DNA of 61,965 nt, counting the filler. It is 16 parts of 16 records of this genome, joined end to end, with 100 filler letters (N's around TTAATTAATTAA, not from the genome) between each part and the next. Parts side by side here need not be neighbours in the genome. Positions count along the whole stretch, not along the records: positions 13,860 to 17,566 come from SRR15195285_17943; positions 17,667 to 21,383 come from SRR15195285_17990; positions 21,484 to 24,783 come from SRR15195285_18053; positions 24,884 to 28,068 come from SRR15195285_18097; 12 more parts are not named here. One strand, written 5' to 3'. This document shows positions 13,994 to 25,201 of the stretch, in pieces (position 1 is the first letter of the stretch; every line of letters begins with the position of its first letter). The translations under genes were made by a program, and so were the position numbers. The notes under the pieces were generated by a model. It searched no databases. It saw only the letters and a program-made list of their open reading frames with translations, and was not told the DNA's origin.

Positions 13994-14992
13994 ATGGCGA
14001 TGCTGCGCACGGTGGTGCTCAGCGCCTGCGCTACTATGGTCCATTCACACGCCATCCTCCTCAAGCCTGCTATGCGCATGAACCCCGGGTGGCCAAGCGT
14101 GTCGAAAACCGGTCAGTACAGACCGCTCGGCACGCCGCCATGGTCGGACACACAGCACTACTACCCGTACGCTTGCAATTTTGCCGGTGGGCACAACTGT
14201 GGCGGTGCGCTCTGCTACAAGCACGATACAATCGGCGACTGCACCCCATCGAACCTCGGCAATCCACCGGATCCATGCTTTGGAGACCTACCCGGGACGC
14301 GCGTCGTGACCAAAGGGCCGGCCACCACCGACCCACTACCCAACAACTTCTTCATGCCATTCACGAATGCCTCAGAGGCGCGAGACCCGTTGACCGAGCA
14401 GCCGTGGATCGACAGCGGCCTCGAACCGACGGAGTGGTGCGCGGGAGACGAGGTAACAACGAACACTGCAATCCAGCGCGACCACAATGGCATCTGGCGG
14501 TGGGAGTACCAGCAGAACGATGGAAGTGGCCGCTTGACCGAGACAAAGTTCCAGGAGCAGAACGCTACAGAGTGGCGCTGGTTCAGCAACGACCCGCAGA
14601 CACGGTACTTTAAGGCCGACGCAAAGACGTCAATAGCCCACGACGAATGCTTTAACTACACAACGGGGGCGTCGCAGGGACCTGGCTCGTGGACAGAGAT
14701 GATACCGCAGTGCAAAACCCCCAACAACTGGAACGGCGAGGCCAACATCAGCTGGGGTGGAGGAAACAGGGGAACAGGGAACAGCCCTGAGACCTACACC
14801 GCTTCGATCTGGACGCTGCCGCCAGATATCGAGCCAGGCAAGTACGTCTTTCGTTGGATATGGTACGGTGGGGTGAGCATGGATGGCACTGTGCTTGATA
14901 CGAAATTCGGCGCTGGACCGGAACCCGCCCTCTTCGCGAACTGCGTCGACGTCATTGTGAAGCCTAAGGGAACATGCACAAGAGAAAGATGA
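13994..14992 (+). CDS. Secreted lytic polysaccharide monooxygenase (LPMO)-like copper protein
   Basis: Signal peptide MAMLRTVVLSACATMVHS followed by H-A-I-L-L-K-P-A-M-R (His at 14048); second His in 'RDHNGIWRW'; C-terminal 'WTLPPDIEPGKYVFRWIWYG...ALFANCVDVIV'. Confidence 0.75.
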   Translation: MAMLRTVVLSACATMVHSHAILLKPAMRMNPGWPSVSKTGQYRPLGTPPWSDTQHYYPYACNFAGGHNCGGALCYKHDTIGDCTPSNLGNPPDPCFGDLPGTRVVTKGPATTDPLPNNFFMPFTNASEARDPLTEQPWIDSGLEPTEWCAGDEVTTNTAIQRDHNGIWRWEYQQNDGSGRLTETKFQEQNATEWRWFSNDPQTRYFKADAKTSIAHDECFNYTTGASQGPGSWTEMIPQCKTPNNWNGEANISWGGGNRGTGNSPETYTASIWTLPPDIEPGKYVFRWIWYGGVSMDGTVLDTKFGAGPEPALFANCVDVIVKPKGTCTRER

Positions 14993-15168
14993 GTATGTAC
15001 TAACCGCAGGGAGGTCGTGACAATCGGTGGTCTTCCTGTTCCAGGTTGACGTACGTCATGTTTCAGAAGAGAAGATACAAGCACGACATAGAGTCTGTAG
15101 TAGCCGAGACCCAGTCTTGTGCAGTGCTGGCTTGATGATCGGCAGTAGTCGGTCGAAATGAATTTTTA

Positions 15169-17566
15169 CTAAACGGGTCCCATCGTGACTTGGACGTTTT
15201 GTAGCTCGGTTAAGCTCGCCGGCTTGGTGAATCTCACGCTCTCTTCCGTAGCGTTGACGACACCAGTCGTAGCACTCTTGATCCTCAGACTCGGGAAGCT
15301 CGGGCTGCGCAATCGCAGCACCAGGCCTCCAACTGGCCACGTGAACGACCGTGACAGCGAGATGTTGGCCGCGAAGGTATTGTTGATCCCCGCCCAAATC
15401 ATGAGTCCGATGCGTCCCCCACGCGTCGGAGCGCCTTCGACAATAATTCGTTGACCTGAAGCGAGCCAGGCTCGAGGCACAGCGCGCCCCAGCCAGAGTT
15501 CCTGTGTGATCGGGTGGTCGTAGCAAAAGAGCTGCTTGAAGAAGCCCGGAAGAGTTGACGAGGTGATCGTCGATGCTCCAGAGCCTACCGACGTTAGGCC
15601 ATGCCCTGCAACCTCGGCTCCTGTCCAGGTCCCCCTCGTAAGCGTATTTGCAGCCCGATCAAACAGCGCGATTAGTGCCTTCTGCACATTGTCCTTCACG
15701 AGGTTTGATGGGAAATCCCACGCATCGTCCGCTCTCGGATCGTTAGCCTCGATTTCCGCGAGCAGCTTCATACCATCCTGCGAGCCACCAAATAAGAGAG
15801 CCTCTCGGCAGATGCTCTGACACTGGATCCTGCCAGCGACGATGTCGATAGTGGGGGGTATGTATCCTGGTTTTCCATTTCTAGCCGTCGTGCATGTTCC
15901 CCATCCAGCGATTTCCGGGAAACACGTGAAATTGCTGCCCTTCTCCCCCCCAAGTGTCGTCGTACTCAGTGGTAGCAGCGGCGGTGGTGGGCAAGGTGGG
16001 CACTTCTTGACACTAGGCTTGTCACATTGCCCGGGTGCTTTATCAGACGCGCACCAAGTGCGACCTGGATGGCTCGGGCACGGCTGTGGTACGACAGTGC
16101 ATGGCACTGGCCCAGGTGGTGCCACAGCAGAGCGTCGGACTGAGGTGATGATGTCATTGCGCAGCTCCGCGGCTTCCTGCAAGAGCTTGGCTCCCTCTGC
16201 AGCGTAGTCTCCACCCTTTTGCTCCCAGACTTTTCCGAGTGCGTTGAAGCCACGAACCATCCCGAACGCGATTCCGTAGAACGGTAGTTGTGTCAAGCAG
16301 TCACCTTTTGGCAAGCCACCAGCGCCGTCGTAGACAGCCTTGCCAAATGTTGTGCCGCACTCGATCGACGTTCCTGGCACGTCGTCGATGGTGTCGCCTG
16401 CGGGCATGCCATACGCAGGCGACGAGGGCGGCAGCTGCTTCGCTTGCAATCGAATGGTGCGAAACGCGTCAACGAGCCACATGATATTCTGATGATATCG
16501 CCCCAGGATGTCTGTCGGATCACCGGTGTAAGTAAAATACCGTGCCACATGCTCCAAGTGATAGGCATTGGAGGTAAAACTCGGCCCGCGGTACCTTGGC
16601 CCGTCCTCGCGTAGATCAAATTGAAAGAAGTTCTCCATGATACCACGCGCGAAATCGAAGGCACCGATCTCCAAGGCGAGCTCCATGCTGTTCACGAAGG
16701 TGATATCACAGTTGTTGTCACCATCCTTGCCGTATGCCCACTGGCCTTGGATTCCATATTTCGGGAACCAAGTGCCGTCGCGGATGATCATGTCCCGCAC
16801 CACTGAGTGCCAGATCAGCCGGCTGAGCATGCGACCATCGGTTTGCCCACTAGCGGCAGCACTGGAACTAGAACTAACAACACCCCGCGGCAACCTGAAC
16901 GTCATCACGCCGTCGGCCGCGAATGTATGCTCCCAGAACACCTTCTGATCCAAGACAGCCTCGTAAAAGCGCGAGGCAGTTCTCGAGCCCGGGCCTTGCC
17001 CCATACCGGGTACACCGTCGACTGCGTCCGCCCAGCGGAAGCCATAGGTGTCAAAATACCGTGCATCAATCACCGTGCCGTTCTGGGCGACCTTGACGAC
17101 GCGGAAGAATACATCTTGGGCTCGGTTGCCCTTCATGTCCGCGACAGGGCACGCGGTCCACTCGATCCACAAGGGCTCAGCACCACTAAGGGCACTGTGA
17201 TTGCCAGTGAAGCTGGAGTTGCCACCCGGCTTGATCTTGAAGTGGAATGTGACGATTGGCAGCCACCCGCCCCACAATCCCTCACGCTGCATAAACGGTT
17301 CGAGCTGATCCTTGAAGACAGCTTTTGAGCGGTGATACTTCCCTGGGAATTGGTTCATGACGGGGGTACCCAGAGCAGAAATGTCTCCGCCATTGGAGTC
17401 GAAAGCCACGTCGGTCCACGAGGAGCGAGAGCCAACCCAGGTGTGCACGTTGAAATGGCCGTCGGCGCCCGAGACAGCCGGGTCGCGCGTGCCTGGGGGC
17501 AGGTGAGCTGGGTCCATCCTGTTGTAGCCACCATCGTACACCATCGGGGGTAGGAAGCCCTTCATC
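15169..17566 (-). CDS. Large bacterial-type putative (alpha/alpha)6 glycoside hydrolase-like protein (5' partial) with Cys/Pro-rich insert
   Basis: Intronless 798-aa ORF; 'LWGGWLP', 'PKYG', 'LTRGTWTGAE', 'LWLGRAVPRAWL..GAPTRGGRI', 'LVLRLRSP' resemble the C-termini of six-hairpin glycosidase-like proteins. Substrate unknown. Confidence 0.6.
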
Positions 17567-17666
17567 NNNNNNNNNNNNNNNNNNNNNNNNNNNNNNNNNN
17601 NNNNNNNNNNTTAATTAATTAANNNNNNNNNNNNNNNNNNNNNNNNNNNNNNNNNNNNNNNNNNNN

Positions 17667-20600
17667 AAGGTCGCGGTAAGAGTACGCTGTACAGTGAAAA
17701 ACGGTACGTACCGAAGTGACTACGGCTGCAGCTGACGTTTGGACTGTTTATCTGAAATGAAGGACAGACTGACTCATGGACGTCGCTACCGTCGGCCGCT
17801 TCGGTCATCTCTCCAAGGCAGTCATACACGTACTTTTCACAACCATTACCCGTCGGGCACGAGCTTCCCAGCAACATGCGATGAGATGAGAGGTTCATCC
17901 TGTGCCGCGCTTTGACCACTGGAACTCCGATCATCTCTGATTGTCTAGATGCATTCATGGAGCAGTCCAGGCATGATGGACACGGCAGACATTGCTGGTC
18001 TTGTGCTTCCGCCTGTCTTTTTCTTGCCCGTACAGTTCTGGGGATATCGAAGGAGTCCTCGAGACACACGACAAGGCCCACCCTTGACGAATCATAAAAG
18101 CCTTCTTTGCAGTCACAGCGCTGGTGGTTGGCGGACGGCACAGAGGTTTCCATGTCACAAGTTCTCACGCAGACGTCGTCGCTGACGCGGTCGAGCAGCA
18201 CGCCGTCAACGGAATCACACTCACACGTGGTACCGTTGATTGCGTCTGGATGAGACCCGTCGCCGCAGTGCCTAGCCTCAAAGTTGAGGTCGAGTGGGCA
18301 GTTTGGGTACGGCGGTGTATCATCCTGATCGCACAGGTAAACGCCATCGGGAGTCTGAGGAGCCCAGAACTCGTGACCATCCTTAAATAGCTGGAACACC
18401 TGGGTTCCCTTGGTGAGCACTTCGTGCGCAGGTATTGTTCCCGTGTATCCCCCATTCCTGTCATCCGTGAGCAAAAGTGGCCAGACAGAACGGTTGGATG
18501 CGGCAGACCTGACAGATGTCCAGTCCTTTGGGATCAGCGTGATGTTGGTCACACCTCCAATTCGTGACTTCAAACCATATTCGTCCATGAATGCTACAGT
18601 GAGCTGGCATGTATCGTCAATGTGGCAGTACCGAGGCTTGGAAAGGCGAGGCACACACACCAGTCGACCCTGTCCGTCGCGAGACCGACATTGGTCGAAA
18701 CCCGGCACCGTGTGCCAAATATACTGGCCTGCGCTCGAAGCGCTGAGATCAAAGGTAGTGAGGCTCTGTGCATTCAAGAGCATCTGTTCGGCATTTTGTG
18801 CGGAGGCGTTGACCGGATTCTGGTACAAGAACATATGACCAACGCTGTCTCCAACGGCTGGAAGCTGAGAGATGGAATTGTTTGTCGCATCGATAACTCT
18901 GAGCTTTGGCAAGGTACCTGTCCAGTCTGGCAACGCCGTCAGCGCATTGTTCTGAACCTGTAGCTCAACCAGCTCGACTAGAGAGGCCAGGCTGTCCGGT
19001 AGGCTTGTGAGGCGATTGTTGTTCGCGATCAGAAGAGTCAGGTGAGAGGAGTGCTCAATTTCGTCTGGCAAGCTGGGCCCGATCTCGTTGTGGTCGATAT
19101 GCAGCTCCTTTAGACCAGTGAGGCTTCGCCAGAGCTTCCCCTGTCTAAACTGCTTGATTTCGTTGTGACTAACCCGCAGATATAGAAGCTCCTGTGCGTG
19201 ATACAGAACTGGCAGGTCCACCAGGTAGTTTTCGGAAACCTCCAGATTCTGCAGCTTCGGTAAGTGACCGATGCTGGTGGGGATGGCTGACAAACGATTG
19301 CCTCGCAATTCAAGCACAGTCAGGTTCCTGAGGCCCTCCGCGAAGGAATCCGGCAAATATGAGATATTATTCTTGGATGCTCGTATGAGCGTAAGGTTGC
19401 CCATGGTGGAAATGTCAGGAAAAATAGTGAGTCTGTTGTTGTCCAGGTAAAGAGATTTGAGGCTCCGACAGTACTTAATTGTCGGTGGCAGGCTCCTGAG
19501 TCCAGCCGCATCTGCCTGCAGCTCTTCCAGGGCTTGCAGCTGTCCAATTTCATCTGGCAACCAAACAAGATCATTTTCATCCAGCTTCAAGTACCAGAGG
19601 TTCGTTAGTTTGCCGATTTCAGGAGGCAGGCTGGTGAGCTTGTTGACGTCCACCCACAGCTGTTGCAGTTCGGAGAGGTCAAACACAGACGCTGGGAGTG
19701 ACTCGAGCTGGTTGTTCGTTAGTTTCAGAACTGTTAGCTTCTGTAGCTTCGACAGGTCCGTCAGATTCCGCAGAAAGTTATCGCGGAGGTCTAACTCCGT
19801 CAAGTCGAGAAGGTCTGAGACTGGAGACGGGACCACTCGCAAGTGTTGCCGCTGTATGGATAGCCGGGTGATTGACCGTGGCAGGCAGTCAGGCTGGGTG
19901 CGTAGAACATCCGCCGACGATGACAGCGATTTCACGACGTCAGACTCGCACAGGCAGCCAGGTATATTCTTCAAACTGCTGGACAGCTGGTCGAGCTCGA
20001 CCCGTACTAGAGCAGTCAGCTCACAAATGGTTTGTGGGAGTTCGTTCACACTAGTGTGCTGCAAACTAATGTACCGTAGCTCATCCATCTCTGCGATGGA
20101 CTCAGAAGGCAGCACGGACACGCATTTCCCTAAGCCACTGGAATTGTAATGCTGGTTGACGTAGCTGTGGCGACCAGATGTGTCGAGCAACGGCAGCTGC
20201 AGCTCTGCGGGCCAAAGATCCCCACCCTGATACGACAGGCCTAGTCCAACAACGCGCGTGCCGTTGCAGACCACGCCGGGCCAACCGCCCAGCAGCGCGT
20301 TGTCGCCCCAAGTTGGGCAAGGGTCAGTGAAGTCTGCCCAGTCGCTCAGGCAGGCATCTGGTGCAGCAGCGGCAGGGAGCGCTGGACGCTGGGCGTCGCG
20401 CATCCGCCGGAGTGCAGGTAGGTCCGGGAAGGAACGTGTCCATGCCTGCAGGGCCTCTTCTACGCACACCGTTGCCCACGAACACTGGGAGGCGTCTCGC
20501 CACATTGTCGGGTGGCGAACAGCCATCGCAACCCAGGGGTGGTCGCATCGGGCGCAGCTGGCCTTCCCACCGCTGTTGCCACTGAGTGCGCCGCAGCCGG

Positions 20601-21174
20601 GCATGCTCGTCGCCTGCTGTGCGATGGCGTCGCAGTTCGCGGGGGAAAGTGGCGCGCGGATGGTGATGTTGTGGTTGGAGTTCCAGGGGCCGGGCCCGTT
20701 GCCCATGACCGGGTCGACGCAGTTCTCCTGCCACGCAGTACGAATATCGTCCGCGACGTTCGAAGAACGCGGCACCGGCCCGCCGTCCTCGTCGCAGGGT
20801 GGGTGGGCAAGACCGCCGCTGATGAGGCATCCAGAGTCAGTCTTCCCTACTGGGGCAGAGGAGTCATCTCCGGCAGAATCGATGGCCCAGTAGGGGTGGT
20901 CTTCAGGCCTGTGGTACAGGTACCATGAATGGCCATCCCAGGACGTCGTCCACGCGGCCTTACCGTTCGTCAATCCGGGCAGCAGCTCCCAGCGCGTGTT
21001 CGGATGGCACTCGAACCCTGCCGTCTCCACCCAGAGAGGCGCCGCAGCCCTCGTCGCCTCTGCGTCACCCTCCGCGTCTTGCTGCCGTCGGCGCACAGCG
21101 CTGGATGGCGAGGCAGCCGCGCCCGCCACGCTGATCGAGAATGCGAGCACGGCGGCGGCCGTCGCCGCTCTCAT
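17667..21174 (-). CDS. Secreted/membrane leucine-rich-repeat receptor-like protein: LRRNT + about 20 LRRs + filamin/Ig-like + Cys-rich region (3' partial)
   Basis: Signal peptide MRAATAAAVLAFSISVAGA; 'DPC..W..WPGVVCNGTRVVGL' LRRNT; many LxxLxLxxNxLxxLP repeats; 'LTDDRNGGYTGTI' Ig-like segment; Cys-rich tail. Probable intron donor near 17708. Confidence 0.9.
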
Positions 21175-21518
21175 CGCAAGCAAGGCAGCTCCCAGAGCCC
21201 GACAGGCCACACCGCCCTCCCACAGGCCTCCTGTCGATGCACAGGAAGTCTAACCACCAACGGGTGCGGGCGCTTGAGCAGTGAGCCCTCCCGTCGAAGC
21301 AGGGGGCTCTGCAGTGTATAGCCGGTTGGAACACGGAGAAGTCACTGATAAGTACAGTTGACTCCCGTTGACCACCTCGAGTCNNNNNNNNNNNNNNNNN
21401 NNNNNNNNNNNNNNNNNNNNNNNNNNNTTAATTAATTAANNNNNNNNNNNNNNNNNNNNNNNNNNNNNNNNNNNNNNNNNNNNGGGAGGAGGGGGGAGGA
21501 GGGGTCAGCCAGAGAACG

Positions 21519-24437
21519 ATGTCGGCCGGTATGGTGCTGGCCGCGCTGGTGGGCGAGGTAGGCGGAGGGCAAGCGCAGAGTACGAACCTTGTGGGGACGC
21601 GCACGGTGGAACCGTCGGTCGTGGACGAGCAGACCGCCGCGACGCGACTCCGGGTGAAGACACAGCAAGTCCACGCGAGGGTGCACGAACAGACGAATGA
21701 TACCCATGCAGCTAAGTACCGCAAAGCCAAGACTTCGCAGAAACGCCCGCTGAAAAAGATGGGTGGGATCGGGGGCGTGGGACTCCTCAAGCAGAAGCTT
21801 GAGAAGACACGCGAGGTCGCGATGGATAAGCTTGAACGCGGCCGTACACTAGATTACTCCCCGGATACGCTCGAGCGGATGAATCCGGAGCTGTTGAAGC
21901 GCATGTGCATCAAGTACAGGCTGGACACGAGTGGCAAGCCGGACGACATGCGCAGCCGGCTGGCCGAGCTACTGCTGGCCGAGCGGAAGCGCACGAACGA
22001 ATGGCTCAAAAAGAAAAACATGTATGTAGCCACGGAGATAAATGAGCGCGCGGACGAAGTGATCGGCGAGTACGAGATCGAGATGGCGGATGGGATAAAT
22101 CACCAAGAGCTCATGGGTATCACACATCGTAGCTGGGACGGGGTGCAGGTACTAGAAAAAATCAATGCCGGGCGGATCGAGGAGATAGGGTATTTAGACG
22201 AATGGCACAGAGACTACAAACCCATTTACGTGGACGAGACACTCTTCGAGCAGGCGACCGCGGCGTCGTCACAGCAGGGCATGGCCTGGGACAAGATTCT
22301 GCGCGGCAAGATCATGGCGCGAGAAGAGATTGTTCGCTTGTTCAACCAGCTACTGGCCGACCTGGAACGCAAGCGTGAAGAAGTTATTGCGATTCGGGCA
22401 ATAGTGATCAGGGCCGAGGAGGAGGAAGCGCAGCTGCGCATCAAGTTCGAGAACGCGGAGCGAAAGCTGGGAGATGCTGAGAAGCGATTAGCAGGCGTCG
22501 TGGAGGAACAGAAAACTGCGCAGGCCGCTGCAAAGCTGATGGCCGAGCAGGCGAAGCAGGCTCGCGCTGCAGCCGCCCAGGCTAAGGCTGATCTTCTGAA
22601 TTGTCACGAGGAGTGTGACCGGCTCGAAGCCGAGCTCTTGGCGAAGATCCAGGCGCTTCAAAAGCAGCACGCAGCCGAGCTAGAGGAGTCTCGGCTCAAG
22701 TTCGAGCAGGAAGAAAGGGCACTTGAGGTGAGAATGGCAGAGGAAATTGAGACGTTGAAGCGGCAGATCGCAGAGGAGGAGGCCCGTGCAAAGAAAGAAT
22801 ACGAGATGAAATTCAACGAAATTCTAGGGACGTTGAAGCGCGAAGGTAAGATTGAGGTGGATCGCCTGAACAAGTTGATCGAAGAAGCGCTGGCGCGGCT
22901 TGCGGCGCTTGAGGCGCAGCTCGCGGAGCTTGATGCAGAACTTGAGAAGCTTCTCACGCAGGTTGCTGCTGCCGAAGCAGCAGCGAACGCTGCAGAGGCT
23001 GCACGTCAGGCAGCCATGGAGGAGTTAGTTGATCCAGATATTGCGCTCTTTCGAGAACACCACGATCAGTTCCAGCACTGGAAGACTGAAGTGCGGGGCC
23101 TGAAGTTCGTGGAAATGGACACGCAGACCGACGCGGATCCCGTGCCGCCGATCCCGAAAACTGATTCATGGTTCAAGCCTACCCCGCGGCAGAACAAACC
23201 ACGGCCAAAGCTCAAGCCACTCGGGCCGCCGCCACAGCAGGAGACGCACATGCTACCAGTGCTACAACAGGTTTCACTGCAGCACATTATCCGACCTGAC
23301 ACCCCTCCGCCGGAACCCGAACCCGAACCGGAACCACCAGCTCCAGCTCCAGCTCCAGCTCCACCACCGCAGCGGAAGGCTAAGGAATCTAGGCCCGCGC
23401 CAGCACCAGCACCCGCACCTGCCCCGGCCCCGCCTCCGAAACCTAAGCGGAAGCCTAACCCTGCACCGGCTCCTGCACCCAAGCCTGAACCTGTCCAGGT
23501 GCCTACAGTTCAACCAGAGCCTGAGAAGAAGGTCAAGAAAACGGTCGCCCTCGGTTCGAAGCCCAAGCCCAAGCCCAAGCCACCGGAGGAACCGAGAAAG
23601 GAACGACCGGTGGCTGCATCAAAGCCAAAGCCGAAACCAAAAGCGCCCACGCCGCCTAGAACGCCCAGCCCGGAGCCGCCAGTAGTAGAGCGTCCTGTTT
23701 ACGTCAAGCCGTTGGGCGTGGTGGCACCGCAAGAGCATAAGAAGCACCATGCGGAGCGCAAACAACAGATCATCGAGGAGAAAAAGCAGTACGCTGAAAA
23801 ACAGAAGCAGGTACAGAAGCAAAGAAAGGCAAAGGAGACGCCTAAGCCTCAGTTTGTCGCAGCCAAGGGATCCGCAAGTCAAGAGGCGATGTCCGCACAT
23901 CTACCACCACACCTCGCAGAGCTTGTGAAGAAACAAGGCACCGATGCCAAGGGTCATGTAGATTACAAGGTCAACACAAAGCGATCCAAGACCGGGAAGA
24001 CACAATTGCAGAAGGAACTCGACGCGAAGAAGGCGGCAGCAGCACAGCAGGAGAAGCAGGTGGCGAATGCCAAGCAAGACTTCCAAGACCCTACTGCAAA
24101 GACCGGCCAGGAGAGGACGCGATTTGCCAAGATCGCCAAGGTAGACGAAGGTGTCGGTCCGGGGAAGTTAGAGGGGATACACGCTGAGGTACCGAACCTG
24201 ATGGATGTGGAGGAAGGTGCTAGGTTAGCGGCGGCGGGTCGCCCTATGCCAGCAAATCAGGACGCCTTGGAGCGCACGGCGTCCACCGCAGCGCTCGGTC
24301 GCAACCTGCAGGAAGGCATCGCTGTGACGGCAGACGCGGGGAAGGAGGCGGAACAGATGAAGGACAAGATAGATCAGACGCATACCAAACGGCCGCCGCG
24401 CCAAAATTCTTCCTTAGGTGGCATTGGCTTACAGTAG
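21519..24437 (+). CDS. Hypothetical protein: SAP-like motif, long coiled coil, Pro/Lys/Glu-rich region
   Basis: 972-aa intronless ORF; 'LERMNPELLKRMCIKYRLDTSGKPDDMRSRL' is SAP-like; heptad-rich E/K/A region; (PA)n/(PE)n/(PK)n repeats at about 23300-23700. The true start may be the ATG at 21760. Confidence 0.75.
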   Translation: MSAGMVLAALVGEVGGGQAQSTNLVGTRTVEPSVVDEQTAATRLRVKTQQVHARVHEQTNDTHAAKYRKAKTSQKRPLKKMGGIGGVGLLKQKLEKTREVAMDKLERGRTLDYSPDTLERMNPELLKRMCIKYRLDTSGKPDDMRSRLAELLLAERKRTNEWLKKKNMYVATEINERADEVIGEYEIEMADGINHQELMGITHRSWDGVQVLEKINAGRIEEIGYLDEWHRDYKPIYVDETLFEQATAASSQQGMAWDKILRGKIMAREEIVRLFNQLLADLERKREEVIAIRAIVIRAEEEEAQLRIKFENAERKLGDAEKRLAGVVEEQKTAQAAAKLMAEQAKQARAAAAQAKADLLNCHEECDRLEAELLAKIQALQKQHAAELEESRLKFEQEERALEVRMAEEIETLKRQIAEEEARAKKEYEMKFNEILGTLKREGKIEVDRLNKLIEEALARLAALEAQLAELDAELEKLLTQVAAAEAAANAAEAARQAAMEELVDPDIALFREHHDQFQHWKTEVRGLKFVEMDTQTDADPVPPIPKTDSWFKPTPRQNKPRPKLKPLGPPPQQETHMLPVLQQVSLQHIIRPDTPPPEPEPEPEPPAPAPAPAPPPQRKAKESRPAPAPAPAPAPAPPPKPKRKPNPAPAPAPKPEPVQVPTVQPEPEKKVKKTVALGSKPKPKPKPPEEPRKERPVAASKPKPKPKAPTPPRTPSPEPPVVERPVYVKPLGVVAPQEHKKHHAERKQQIIEEKKQYAEKQKQVQKQRKAKETPKPQFVAAKGSASQEAMSAHLPPHLAELVKKQGTDAKGHVDYKVNTKRSKTGKTQLQKELDAKKAAAAQQEKQVANAKQDFQDPTAKTGQERTRFAKIAKVDEGVGPGKLEGIHAEVPNLMDVEEGARLAAAGRPMPANQDALERTASTAALGRNLQEGIAVTADAGKEAEQMKDKIDQTHTKRPPRQNSSLGGIGLQ

Positions 24438-25107
24438 GTCTGTGTGGACTGAGTCACAGCGATCGTAAAAGCGATGGTAAAATGTAGCTTTATGTCGTCT
24501 GATTCTGGACTGCCTGCAAATAGAGCGCGGAGGGCGTCCCAGCAGCGTTGTGGGACTTGTGAGGCGCAACGCGTTCTATCCATGCTAGCTCACTGAGTCG
24601 TCGTGCAAAATGGGTTCAACGCATTGACTCAGTGCGAATCACGCAGTTTCTCCGCGTTCTCGTGAAGATTCGGCACCCGCATTTTTGTGTACACTCTGCA
24701 GTGCAGTTCTATTTTTTTTATAAAATGCATGCAATGATTGTCGCCTGCGACTCGCCCAGCTTTGCCTTCTTTGCAGCTTTCTTNNNNNNNNNNNNNNNNN
24801 NNNNNNNNNNNNNNNNNNNNNNNNNNNTTAATTAATTAANNNNNNNNNNNNNNNNNNNNNNNNNNNNNNNNNNNNNNNNNNNNAGCAGCGATTCGAGGTG
24901 ATCGGAGGGGTGCGCGGTATTTATCAGTGAGGTTTCAGTACTCCCAACGACCCTGCCTGTGACGTTGCGCGTGTTCCGGGTGACTCGATTGACGCGCCGG
25001 TGCCAGAAGCGGCACACCCGACACCGCGACCAGACTAGGAATTCCTGACTACTATTCAATGCTACTGTAACTATTGATACAGTCCAGTATCGCCGGCATC
25101 AACTAAG

Positions 25108-25138
25108 TACTAGGAATTCCTAGTAGGAACTTCCTACT
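25108..25138. promoter_or_regulatory. Overlapping palindromes upstream of the amidase
   Basis: Perfect 18-bp palindrome tactaggaattcctagta (25108-25125), overlapping agtaggaacttcctact (25122-25138); partial third copy at 25034-25046; about 65-170 bp before ATG 25202. Confidence 0.35.
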
Positions 25139-25201
25139 GGCGACACGCGTACGATCACGTGCCGAACCTGATCGAGAGCCACCTTCCTATCGTCGACGGG
25201 G

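Noticed and set aside
23300-23700. Short tandem DNA repeats (ccagct, gaaccc, aagccc)
   Set aside because: They encode ordinary Pro-Ala/Pro-Glu/Pro-Lys low-complexity linker.
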